Below are positions 1-8,668 of a DNA stretch of 64,000 nt, in pieces. Made by a program: the position numbers and the translations under genes. Source of the stretch: an uncultured Acidobacteriota bacterium (GTDB lineage Bacteria; Acidobacteriota; UBA6911); NCBI GenBank assembly GCA_963809485.1, contig CAWEJX010000020.1, positions 416,001 to 480,000 on the forward strand, written 5' to 3'. Within the stretch, counting starts at the first letter, position 1. The number at the start of each line of letters is the position of its first letter. Under the pieces are notes generated by a model, which saw nothing but the letters and a program-made list of their open reading frames with translations, was not told the DNA's origin and ran no database searches.

Positions 1-510
1 CCCTATGAAGGAATTGCCGTTTTCAACCGTGTTGGAGTAACCGGAGTTAGCCCCGAAGAAAGAATTGTAGGATCCCGCAGTGCTGTAGAGGCCGGCGCTT
101 CTTCCAAAAAACGAGTTCGCGGAACCCGTACTGTTCGCCCTCCCTGTCAGCCGTCCAAAGAATGAGTTATCCAGGCCGTGAGTATTGGCCCCGCCCGCGG
201 TCTCTCCGAAGAATGCGTTGGAATGTCCATTTTTATTGTAATAGCCGGCGCCGGAACCGAAGAACGAATTCCATCGGCCGGCCGTGTTGGAATAACCGGA
301 GCCGGAACCGAAGAACGAGTTATAATCGCCCGCTGCGCTGGAGTAGCCCGCATCGGCCCCGAAGAAAGAATTATTGCTGCCCGATACTCCGGCCTCATAG
401 CCAAACGAAGTGATATCGCCGGTTTGAATCTCAGTTGCCTGCATCCAGCCTCCGCTGGAGACCAGGAAAAACATTGTAAGGGCCATAACTGATAGCCAGT
501 TGTATTTCAT
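1..510 (-). CDS. Secreted repeat protein, partial (runs off window start); 14-aa NSFFGxxAGxxNxxG repeats typical of YadA-head-like/TMF-family surface proteins
   Basis: Manual translation from ATG at 510: MKYNWLSVMALTMFFLVSSGGWMQATEIQTGDITSFGYEAGVSGSNNSFFGADAGYSSAAGDYNSFFGSGAGYSNTAGRWNSFFGSGAG..., open to position 1. Signal-peptide-like N-terminus, GAGGAG upstream. Missing from the ORF track because there is no stop inside the window. Confidence 0.8.
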   Translation of the reverse strand, partial: MKYNWLSVMALTMFFLVSSGGWMQATEIQTGDITSFGYEAGVSGSNNSFFGADAGYSSAAGDYNSFFGSGSGYSNTAGRWNSFFGSGAGYYNKNGHSNAFFGETAGGANTHGLDNSFFGRLTGRANSTGSANSFFGRSAGLYSTAGSYNSFFGANSGYSNTVENGNSFIG

Positions 511-739
511 TGGGGTGCTCCTCTCAGTGGCAGTCCGGCCTCAATAATAAGCCGGAATCTTTAGTCCCATACTCGCGTAATCCGGGATCCGGATAAAACA
601 GTCCAGCTGTTTGTTGATTATAGCAGGGTTCAAGCATCTATGAATCCGCTGCGGATGAGGATACTCGACAGCTCTGAATCCCCTGTTTGCGCTGCCTGTG
701 CGGTTTGCCTGTGGTCCAGCCAGTTTGAAATCCGATTCA

Positions 740-1672
740 TCAGTGTTTTGCGCTCGGGTGAGGGACCGGACCGAGCGTCCTGGCCGCATTTTTCAACAGG
801 GCTCGGATCCAGATGTGCCCGGGATCCTGATCCTGATAGCGGTGCCATTGCAGGCAATGGGTGACTTTCGGAATGGCGAAAGGAGGGCGTATCAGCCTGA
901 GCGGCAGGTGTTGTGCGCAAATCCGCGCCATTCGGCTCATGACCGTGGCGATTCGGCTGGTCCCCACAACCAGGCGGCAGGCGACTTCAAAATCCTGCGT
1001 GACCACCTCGATTTTTCTAGTCTCCCCGTAGCGGGCGGCAAACCATTCCTCAAAAATAGCGGGAGCGTGGCCGAAATGGACCGCAATATGCCCGAGTTCG
1101 AGAAACCGGCTCCGGGAAATCGAGTTTCCAATTAAAGCGTTGTTGCGCCACACCACACAGGTGTGCGTATCCTCGAAGAGCGATTCCTTCGGATGTGCCG
1201 CCAGCGCGTGGACAGCAGGGCGGATGAGGAAATCGACGTCTCCCTTTTCAAGCTTCTGGTCGATATTCTCATCCAAACGCACCAGCTCGAACCGGACTCC
1301 GGGCGCCCGCTGCGCAGCCTCCTGCATCACGCCGGGCATCAATACAGCAGTCACATAGTCGGACACCGCCATACAGAACTTGCGGCTGGAGGCAGCGGGA
1401 TCGAACTCCGCTTTGGAAGCGACCGTGTGCTGGATCTGGACCAGGCAACTGCGCACAGGTTGCACCAGGCTTTCAGCCAATGGAGTCAAGACCATCCTGC
1501 GACCCGCCGGAACCATCAGTTCATTCCCGAAGTATTGCCGAAGGCGAGCGAGAATAATGCTGGTCGCCGGCTGGCTCAAATGGAGCCGTTCCCCGGCGCG
1601 CGTAACACTCTTTTCCGTCAGCAATGCATCCAGCGCAACAAGCAGGCCAGGATCGAATTTGCGAAAGTCCAT
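740..1672 (-). CDS. LysR-family transcriptional regulator, NodD/FdeR-like
   Basis: N-terminal HTH LLVALDALLTEKSVTRAGERLHLSQPA and LARLRQYFGNEL, C-terminal LQWHRYQDQDPGHIW, all resembling the NodD subfamily. Confidence 0.9.
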   Translation of the reverse strand: MDFRKFDPGLLVALDALLTEKSVTRAGERLHLSQPATSIILARLRQYFGNELMVPAGRRMVLTPLAESLVQPVRSCLVQIQHTVASKAEFDPAASSRKFCMAVSDYVTAVLMPGVMQEAAQRAPGVRFELVRLDENIDQKLEKGDVDFLIRPAVHALAAHPKESLFEDTHTCVVWRNNALIGNSISRSRFLELGHIAVHFGHAPAIFEEWFAARYGETRKIEVVTQDFEVACRLVVGTSRIATVMSRMARICAQHLPLRLIRPPFAIPKVTHCLQWHRYQDQDPGHIWIRALLKNAARTLGPVPHPSAKH

Positions 1673-1719
1673 GGCGCCCTCAGGTAGTCGAGCCCCGCGG
1701 GAAAGCGTGGGGTGACAAT

Positions 1720-1775
1720 GTATTTAAAAATCAAATCAGAATATATATTAAACATTCATTTTACAAATAATATCA
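1720..1775 (+). promoter_or_regulatory. AT-rich LysR operator region, nod-box-like
   Basis: AAACATTCATTTTACAAAT (1750-1768) resembles the 3' part of the nod-box consensus AAACAATCRATTTTACCAAT. Lies between the divergent lysR and the phlG-like operon. Confidence 0.5.
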
Positions 1776-1927
1776 ATGCCTGATATTTATGCCATCAGGG
1801 GCGGCAATTTATGTCTGTTTCCTGCCGCCTGAATCGGGAATTTTGGGTTTTGGCAATGGCGAAAATGCCGGCTGTCCAGGTGCATGGCTCTCATGGTAAC
1901 CCTCTGGATAAATCAGGAGCGTGTCTG

Positions 1928-2758
1928 ATGGCGACTCAGAAATCGGTGCCTCTCAAACCGGAAGAACAATCCAGAGCCTGCGCCAAATTTTACCGGGACC
2001 CTGTGCCGCCCGATCCCGCGCATCTGGCGATGATGGATACGCCATGCGATCCCTCAAAGGCTATTTATCCGGAACAGATGAATGAGCTTCTCAAACCGGG
2101 CGCCCTGCAGGTGGAAATCGGATGGTGCAACCTGCCGAACGGAGCGGGATTTATCGCCAACCGGAATATTTACGCAAACATAACCGCTGAGATGATCGAC
2201 TGGTGGTTTGCCTGGCATCCGCTTGAGGATCTGCGCTACCGCGTGTGGTATCCGCCTCAGCATGCCGGAATAGCGTTAAGCCCCGAATCCCGCAGCAGAA
2301 TTCTCGACCCGTCGATACCGGTTCGGGAGAAAAATTGGGGCGTTACCCACCATGTTACCGAGGACTGCGGTTGCGGAATGGAAAATATCGAAATCACATT
2401 CCTCTCGCCAAGGGATTTCGGCTTCGACATAACGCTTTGGAAGGAACCGTTTGTTTCGACTTTCGCAGGCGGTTTCGGCTGGTCCCGCAGGGCGGATGAT
2501 GCTGAACATGCCATCAAAACGCCATCGCTGATGTGCCACATTTTTCGGCAGGTTCCAGGCGGCCTCGAACATCGCACACGGTTCTGGATGGGTTACCGGG
2601 CGTCCCAGGGCAAGCCGGAGCTGGTCCTGCCCCCGGGCATCTCAGTTCCGGCGATTGCGGTTCAGGGGCTCGCAAGGCACAACGTGCTGGAATTCAGCAA
2701 CCTTGGAGCCCTTTTGCCGGAAATCCATGCAGAATTCGGCGGGCAGATGACCGCTTAG
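1928..2758 (+). CDS. DAPG hydrolase / phloretin hydrolase (PhlG family) C-C hydrolase
   Basis: Motifs EIGWCNLPNGAGF, TAEMIDWWFAWH, RYRVWYPPQH, THHVTED, RTRFWMG, HNVLEFSNL. RBS CAGGAG before ATG 1928. Confidence 0.85.
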   Translation: MATQKSVPLKPEEQSRACAKFYRDPVPPDPAHLAMMDTPCDPSKAIYPEQMNELLKPGALQVEIGWCNLPNGAGFIANRNIYANITAEMIDWWFAWHPLEDLRYRVWYPPQHAGIALSPESRSRILDPSIPVREKNWGVTHHVTEDCGCGMENIEITFLSPRDFGFDITLWKEPFVSTFAGGFGWSRRADDAEHAIKTPSLMCHIFRQVPGGLEHRTRFWMGYRASQGKPELVLPPGISVPAIAVQGLARHNVLEFSNLGALLPEIHAEFGGQMTA

Positions 2759-2792
2759 GTGTATACCGTGTTGAAATCAGTTCGGAGGGAGC

Positions 2793-3014
2793 ATGAGTGC
2801 CAACATTGAGATTGATTTGGATGAGTGTACCGGCTGCAAGACCTGCGTCGACGCCTGTTTTGTGGATGTGATGCGATGGGACGAGGAGCAGGAGAGGCCG
2901 ATCGTTGCGTATGAGCGGGATTGCGTTTGGTGTTTTACGTGCGAAATCAATTGCCCGGCCCAATGTATCAACATCATACCCCAAGTGCCCGGACAGACGG
3001 TCAACCCTTACTGA
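2793..3014 (+). CDS. 2x[4Fe-4S] ferredoxin, AprB-like
   Basis: CTGCKTCVDAC and CVWCFTCEINCP motifs, GGAGG RBS, directly upstream of the flavoprotein. Confidence 0.9.
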   Translation: MSANIEIDLDECTGCKTCVDACFVDVMRWDEEQERPIVAYERDCVWCFTCEINCPAQCINIIPQVPGQTVNPY

Positions 3015-3048
3015 ACGCTGGTGTCGCAGAACTTAAGAGGAGTCAAAC

Positions 3049-5298
3049 ATGGGCGAAAAGGCAAAGAACGCAACAATATATGATTCGGACGTGCTCATTA
3101 TCGGCGGCGGATTCGGCGGCCTTGCGGCGGCGATCAGAATCAAAGAGCTTTCGCCGGAAACTAGCGTGCTGCTCGTAGACAAGCAGACGATTGGATGGGG
3201 AGGAAAAGCGAATAAGGGGGCCGGAGTTTTATGGGTTCTTATGCCCGGCGACAATATCGACGCCTTCGTCGATTTTCATGTGAAGAACATCGGAATTTAC
3301 CTGAACGATCAGGATCTGCTGTACGCAATGGCGCGGGAATCCTTCGGGGCAGCTCAGAAACTGGCGGAATGGGGCGTTAAAGTAATGAAAACCCCGGAAG
3401 GGAATCTGGATGCCAGCCCTCTGCCTTTCGGCTGGTCGATGGCGGCAGCAGATCTGGACATGATGCAGCCGCTCAGGGCAAAGGCCTCGAAACTTGGAGT
3501 GAGACTGCTGGACAAAACCCAGGTGGTCGACCTGTTGAAACGGGACGATCGCGTTATCGGTGCGGTCGGCTTCAACCTTCTCGACGGCCGCTTCACTCTC
3601 TTGAACTCAAAAACCACCCTACTGGCGAATGGCGATTGTGATTTTGGAGTCATGCGCATGTGGGCCAATGCCTGCGGAGATGGCATCGCAGCTGCCTACA
3701 ATGCCGGAGCGGAGATGCGGAACGCGGAGTTCGGAAATTTCTACGATGTTGTCAACAAGGGTACGGGCATTCCCATTGTTTTCGGTTTCAACGCACTCTA
3801 TAACGCCCAAGGTGAGAATATAAGCTCCAAATACATTCAAGGCCCGCAGCCGGATATCCCGATTTCCATTATCTTGGGAATGGAGAAGGAGATCATGGAG
3901 GGAAGGGGGCCCATATATTTCGACATGGCTGAGTTCGCCAAAAGATCAGGCGGTGGGGGAATCTTTCAATGGGATAGGCCCCATTCCAAGGCGTTATTCG
4001 GGCGTGAATTTGCAAAAATGCAGAAGTATGGTCCGCCGCAGGCTGCCAGGACCGAGGTTTCTCTCGGGTTCACCGGCGAACTCTCGGCCGTCAAAGTCGA
4101 CCGTGACATGAAGACAACCCTTCCAGGCCTTTGGGCAATCGGCGATACGAGTTACGCGGGTTCCGCATGGGCCGGCGCGGCGGAGGCGCCTCCGGGAAGA
4201 TTGAGAGGCTCCGGATTGATGAATGCCCTGATCGCGGCTTTGATGGCTTCTCCATCTGTGGCCAGGCATGCGAAAGAGGCCCCGGCTTCCCTGCCTGATG
4301 AGCATGAGATAGAGCTTCTGAAAGAGAAATTATTTGCGCCTTTGAACCGGCGCCACGGCTACTCAGCTTCAGAAGCCATACGGAGCATCCAGGAAGTGGT
4401 TGTGCCTGTGAAATACAGCATGCGCCGGAACAAGGAGCGGCTGGAGGAAGCCTTGTCCAAGGTGGCGGCAGTCCAGGAAAAGCTGCCCGAGCTCTATGCA
4501 GAGGATCCGCACGGTCTGGCCAAATGCCATGAAGCTGCGTGCATTGCACTATGCGCCGAAATCGGATTTCGGGCAGCTCTGGCCCGCACTGAAAGCAGGG
4601 GTTGGCACTACAGGGAGGACTATCCTCAGCGGGATGACGAGAACTGGCTCAAGTGGATCATCGTCAAAAAAAGCCAGGATAAAATGGCTGTCACCACCGA
4701 GCCCATTCCTATGGAGCGCTATAAAATCAAGCCCACCCAGACGACGACCGTAACGGACGCTGTCGTGGATCACGACGAGCTTGTCGGCGTTACGCCCGAG
4801 ATGATCGACTGGTGGTGGGTCAATATGGAAAAGGGATATCCCTTGTGGGAGCCCAACGATCACAAATCATTCGTATGGGAAGTGCCGCCGCCCGTTGGCG
4901 GGTACCTTGGCGCCATCCAGATAGCGGAGGAAAAGATGGGGCCGATGCCGGCCATGAAGATCCGTATACGGTGGGACGATCCGGACACCTGTCCCGTTCC
5001 GGGCATTTACGAGCATGCAATCGTGGCAGCCGGGATCAATCCCGAGGGGAAGGTGCAGGCCATGATTCTCCACGAATGGGAGAAGAGCCCCCGCGGGACA
5101 AGGATGCGCTCCACCATGCATTTCCCCGGCCCCGTTCCTTCCGGCTTCGCCGAAATCTGGAAAGCGCACGACAGGGCGGAGGTATCCACGTTCCCAAATT
5201 TCCTGCCCGACCTTTATCGGTTGTGGCAGGCTGTAAAAGACCCGGCAATCAACAGGCAGTGCTCATTGAAGAGAAAGAAGTCCGCCGGACAAAGCTGA
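3049..5298 (+). CDS. FAD-dependent oxidoreductase (AprA/SdhA/NadB superfamily) fused to a C-terminal PhlG-like hydrolase domain
   Basis: GGGFGGLAAA FAD motif, PGLWAIGD, RTESRGWHYREDYP. After about aa 565: GVTPEMIDWWW...YPLWEPNDH...HDRAE, matching the PhlG fold. Confidence 0.85.
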   Translation: MGEKAKNATIYDSDVLIIGGGFGGLAAAIRIKELSPETSVLLVDKQTIGWGGKANKGAGVLWVLMPGDNIDAFVDFHVKNIGIYLNDQDLLYAMARESFGAAQKLAEWGVKVMKTPEGNLDASPLPFGWSMAAADLDMMQPLRAKASKLGVRLLDKTQVVDLLKRDDRVIGAVGFNLLDGRFTLLNSKTTLLANGDCDFGVMRMWANACGDGIAAAYNAGAEMRNAEFGNFYDVVNKGTGIPIVFGFNALYNAQGENISSKYIQGPQPDIPISIILGMEKEIMEGRGPIYFDMAEFAKRSGGGGIFQWDRPHSKALFGREFAKMQKYGPPQAARTEVSLGFTGELSAVKVDRDMKTTLPGLWAIGDTSYAGSAWAGAAEAPPGRLRGSGLMNALIAALMASPSVARHAKEAPASLPDEHEIELLKEKLFAPLNRRHGYSASEAIRSIQEVVVPVKYSMRRNKERLEEALSKVAAVQEKLPELYAEDPHGLAKCHEAACIALCAEIGFRAALARTESRGWHYREDYPQRDDENWLKWIIVKKSQDKMAVTTEPIPMERYKIKPTQTTTVTDAVVDHDELVGVTPEMIDWWWVNMEKGYPLWEPNDHKSFVWEVPPPVGGYLGAIQIAEEKMGPMPAMKIRIRWDDPDTCPVPGIYEHAIVAAGINPEGKVQAMILHEWEKSPRGTRMRSTMHFPGPVPSGFAEIWKAHDRAEVSTFPNFLPDLYRLWQAVKDPAINRQCSLKRKKSAGQS

Positions 5299-5478
5299 GA
5301 CGGTGATGGAGAGTTGCCGAAAGGTAGAGTCATGTCGCCAGTGACCTTTGGATGAAGCGTGGTGACTATTGTCCGCAGAGCAGGAGGCTTTACGCTCGCT
5401 GGCCACTCAAAGGGGCTGATCCCAACCGATAAAGGATAAAACCGGTTTCACGCTTTATAAAAACTATCAAAGCTATTT

Positions 5479-5570
5479 GAACCGCAGAATGTCGAATAAA
5501 GAATGATGAATATCGAAGTTTGGTCCTCGTTTCTGGGGTTCGACATTCGACATTCAATATTCGATATTCA
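5479..5570. repeat. Heptamer-based palindromic intergenic repeat, family A copy 1
   Basis: GAACCGCAGAATGTCGAATAAAGAATGATGAATATCGAAGT ... TTCGACATTCGACATTCAATATTCGATATTC; related copies at about 15338 and 58671. Confidence 0.75.
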
Positions 5571-5662
5571 GTATTCCTCTGGGTTGTCGTCACAAGACCG
5601 GCGATAAAGCATGCTCCGGTATTTGTCAAATTGATGCTGCCTTGCCGGAATCCCTGCTACGT

Positions 5663-6922
5663 CTATCGCGACCGTGCCTGCGAACGGAAGAGCATCGGCG
5701 CCGTGTAATTCAAGTGATTACGCCAAACGCTGAAAACATGGCCGCCGGGGTAATCAGCCCATACGGCGTTGATGCCCTTGTCCTTGAACAGCTTCACCAA
5801 TCGTTTTCCGGGCGGCAGCATTGCTGTCTCCTGCCGGCCGGCGCCAAGGAAGAGAAGACGCAGGTTCTTCTTTGTTTGCTCCGGATTTGCCAGCAACTCC
5901 TTCCACGGAGACTGAGTTTCTATCTCGCCCGGCATTTGCGGCCCGATACCGCCGAATCCCCCGCTGTAGGCCAGAACATAATGAAACAATTCCGGGTGGG
6001 CAAGCCCGATCTGGATGCTTTGAAACGCGCCCATCGACAGGCCGCCAATGGCCCTGTGGTCCGGGTCGCTGTAAACGCGGAAGCCGCTCTCAATCATGGG
6101 AAGGATCTGCTCGAGCAGTTCCTTTGTGAAAAAGGTGAAGTTGAGCATGCCTGCCGGGCCCGGTTGCAGGACAGCCCTGAACGGCCCGACCGATGCACTC
6201 TGTATCGCATGCCCATGCGGCATCACGACGATCATCGGCACGGCCTTGCCCTCCGCGATGAGGTTATCGAGAATGATATTGGCTCGCCCGTTCATCACCC
6301 AGCCGGATTGGGTTTCACCGTTTCCATGCAGGAGGTAATAGACGGGATACTTCTTGTTTGTCCTGTCGTAGTCCGGCGGCGTATACACCCAAAGATAGCG
6401 ATGGACGTCCATCGCCTTAGACTCGTAGAGAATCATGCGGACCTGCCCATGCGGCACCGGACGCGCATCATAGAACGCCGGCGCATCCCCCGGAACTTCC
6501 ACGAAGCTCGAGACGGCTGCGGGCCCCGCCGAGCGATGCATGAGGCTGATGTTGGCGGGATCGGGAAACTCGACGCCTTCTGCGCGAAAGTTGTATATCC
6601 AGATCTCCGGCGGCAGCGGCCCGATCGTGACGCTCCAGACGCCTTCGTCATCTTTCGTCATCGGCTGGGAAGGTTTTCCCTGCAAAACCTCGCCAACAAG
6701 TTCGACTGCCGTTGCTTTGGGAGCGCGCAGCCGGAATGTCACGGTCCGGTCGGGATGAACTTCGGGAGACCGCAGCGTTGGAGGGAGCGGTGCTCTGGGT
6801 GCCTCGGCGGTAGCGGATTGGGAGGGATTCCCGGTTTTCGGGCCTGGCGCCGTCTGAGCAACCAGTAGGGATACAGACAGAATCACCATCAGGGCCAGTG
6901 CAAAAGCGGCTCTAATCCCCAT
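5663..6922 (-). CDS. Secreted esterase (CE1 / enterochelin esterase-like) with N-terminal Ig-like/CBM48-like domain
   Basis: Signal peptide; SPEVHPDRTVTFRLRAPKA; YPVYYLLHG; nucleophile GLSMG; C-terminal GGH. Confidence 0.88.
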   Translation of the reverse strand: MGIRAAFALALMVILSVSLLVAQTAPGPKTGNPSQSATAEAPRAPLPPTLRSPEVHPDRTVTFRLRAPKATAVELVGEVLQGKPSQPMTKDDEGVWSVTIGPLPPEIWIYNFRAEGVEFPDPANISLMHRSAGPAAVSSFVEVPGDAPAFYDARPVPHGQVRMILYESKAMDVHRYLWVYTPPDYDRTNKKYPVYYLLHGNGETQSGWVMNGRANIILDNLIAEGKAVPMIVVMPHGHAIQSASVGPFRAVLQPGPAGMLNFTFFTKELLEQILPMIESGFRVYSDPDHRAIGGLSMGAFQSIQIGLAHPELFHYVLAYSGGFGGIGPQMPGEIETQSPWKELLANPEQTKKNLRLLFLGAGRQETAMLPPGKRLVKLFKDKGINAVWADYPGGHVFSVWRNHLNYTAPMLFRSQARSR

Positions 6923-7195
6923 ATTCGCAGTCCTCCTTCACGAGTCGGTAGAAGCAAATTCTGATTTTGCTTGCCCCGGCGTCGTCAACGCGCAGCATCG
7001 TTTTCCAGTCACGCAAGCAAAGCAGCAACCCATTGTCCGCACACACGGGACACAGTACTTGTGAAGCCGGCTCAACCGGCCTATGGTCCATCCTCTTCCT
7101 GCGGATTTCCCATTGCGGATCCGAGCATAGCATGCAATGCGCTTCCTTGAGAAAAGCCATCAACCGCGAAGTCTCCGGCTTTTCCGGAAGGATGC

Positions 7196-8545
7196 CTATT
7201 TCCGAAATCTGCTCAGATCGAAAGCGTCCGCCATTGCCTGATTGCCCGCGTCATTGGGGTGGATATGGTCGCCGGGATCGAATTCAGGCCGCAGGCGAAC
7301 GGGCCGGGACGGATCCCGGAGGACGGCATCAAAGTCCACGACTGCATCGAAAAGGCCGCTTGTGCGGATCCACTGATTCACGGCCTGCCTTATCTGTTCG
7401 CCACGCTCGGACCATGTCGGGACGCCTTCCTGGGGCGTAACCGTCGCCCCAATCACCCGGATTCCATGGGTATGCGCTCGTTCGATGATCTGTCGATATC
7501 CCGCGATAAGATCCTCGCCCGTAAGCGCGTCGGGACCCTCCGACCGTCCACGTATATTGATGTCATTAATGCCTTCCAGCAGGATAAGCCATTTCACCCC
7601 GGCAATGCTCAGCACATCGCGATCAAAACGCGCAAGCGCACTCAGTCCGGCTCCGTCCCGCAGCACCTGGTTTCCCGATATGCCCAGATTGACAACCGAA
7701 ACGTGTTGAGTTCTTTTGCTGGAATGCAAACGCCGCGCTAGGAGAGCCGGCCATGCGCGGTCCGTATCCAGTGTGGTCGCATATCCGTCGGTGATGGAAT
7801 CCCCCAATGCCACAATTGCGAATGCATCGGCCGGCGCCAGTACATCGATACTGGCCAGCCAAAGATAAGCAAATGTGGTGGCGGGCTCGGGCATGATTTC
7901 CTGTCCGGCAACATTGCCCTTGGACAGGTAGGTGGTATGAAGTCCCAGCCTGTGATTCGTCGGCGCGCCTGTGTCGTGCGGCAGGTATAACGAAACGGCA
8001 AGATCCGTCAGCGGAGCTATCTCCAAATCTATCGGATCGCTGACCGCTAAAACACCCGGGAGCAGTACGCATGAAGGCTTTCCGTTAAATGTAATGGCCC
8101 GGTCTGTTCCGGGAACGATCGCGCCGCCGGCTTTGTGAACCGCGATGTGCGCAGAACCGACCTGTACCAACGGCTTCCCCTGCGAGTTGCTGAGATTCAC
8201 GCGAACCCGCCGGCCGCCCAGGCTCGTGCGGACAATCATCCGCACGGTCTGATCCTGCAGGTTCGAAGGCATATCGAACATGATCGGAGAGCTGTCGCGG
8301 CTCCCGGATTGGCGCACGGTCGCGGACTGCTGCGGAGTTTCCTGTTTTCGGGATGAATCCGGTGATATTGGGGGACCATTCCGATCGGGCCCATCGGGAA
8401 ACCTCACAGGAACCAGTTCCTGAGCTGTCGCCCATGTACAAATCCATCGTTCGCTACTTTTCTGGGTATTGCGGGAATACGAAGTTGCCATCAATGGCAC
8501 AAGGAGCATGGCAACAGCAAGGAGGGGTGTGCGTTTTCGCATCAT
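7196..8545 (-). CDS. Secreted SGNH/GDSL hydrolase
   Basis: GDSITDG, GISGN, EGINDI and DHIHP blocks; signal peptide from MMRKRTP. Confidence 0.88.
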   Translation of the reverse strand: MMRKRTPLLAVAMLLVPLMATSYSRNTQKSSERWICTWATAQELVPVRFPDGPDRNGPPISPDSSRKQETPQQSATVRQSGSRDSSPIMFDMPSNLQDQTVRMIVRTSLGGRRVRVNLSNSQGKPLVQVGSAHIAVHKAGGAIVPGTDRAITFNGKPSCVLLPGVLAVSDPIDLEIAPLTDLAVSLYLPHDTGAPTNHRLGLHTTYLSKGNVAGQEIMPEPATTFAYLWLASIDVLAPADAFAIVALGDSITDGYATTLDTDRAWPALLARRLHSSKRTQHVSVVNLGISGNQVLRDGAGLSALARFDRDVLSIAGVKWLILLEGINDINIRGRSEGPDALTGEDLIAGYRQIIERAHTHGIRVIGATVTPQEGVPTWSERGEQIRQAVNQWIRTSGLFDAVVDFDAVLRDPSRPVRLRPEFDPGDHIHPNDAGNQAMADAFDLSRFRK

Positions 8546-8668
8546 ATGGGATCGAGCCTTTGCCCGGGAACTCGTCAGTGTCGGAGACGGCGGACGGGGA
8601 ATTTTTAGGCCGATGCATGGCGGATTCCTGACCCGCCATGCATCCTCCCGCAATTAAACTAGAATAAA

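Noticed and set aside
1-400. 42-nt periodic repeats as a CRISPR array
   Set aside because: Repeats are degenerate at codon third positions and encode protein repeats; no constant repeat-spacer structure and no cas genes
2793-5298. Dissimilatory APS reductase aprBA or succinate dehydrogenase
   Set aside because: No sat, qmo, dsr or sdhBC context, short ferredoxin, no covalent-FAD His, and PhlG context; only superfamily-level similarity
5642-6868. Long antisense ORFs (also 21540-22769, 34787-35833, 29567-30499)
   Set aside because: Shadows or alternate frames of well-supported genes in GC-rich DNA, with no motifs
6912-7163. Small ORF with two CxxC pairs
   Set aside because: No clear RBS or recognisable family; could be chance
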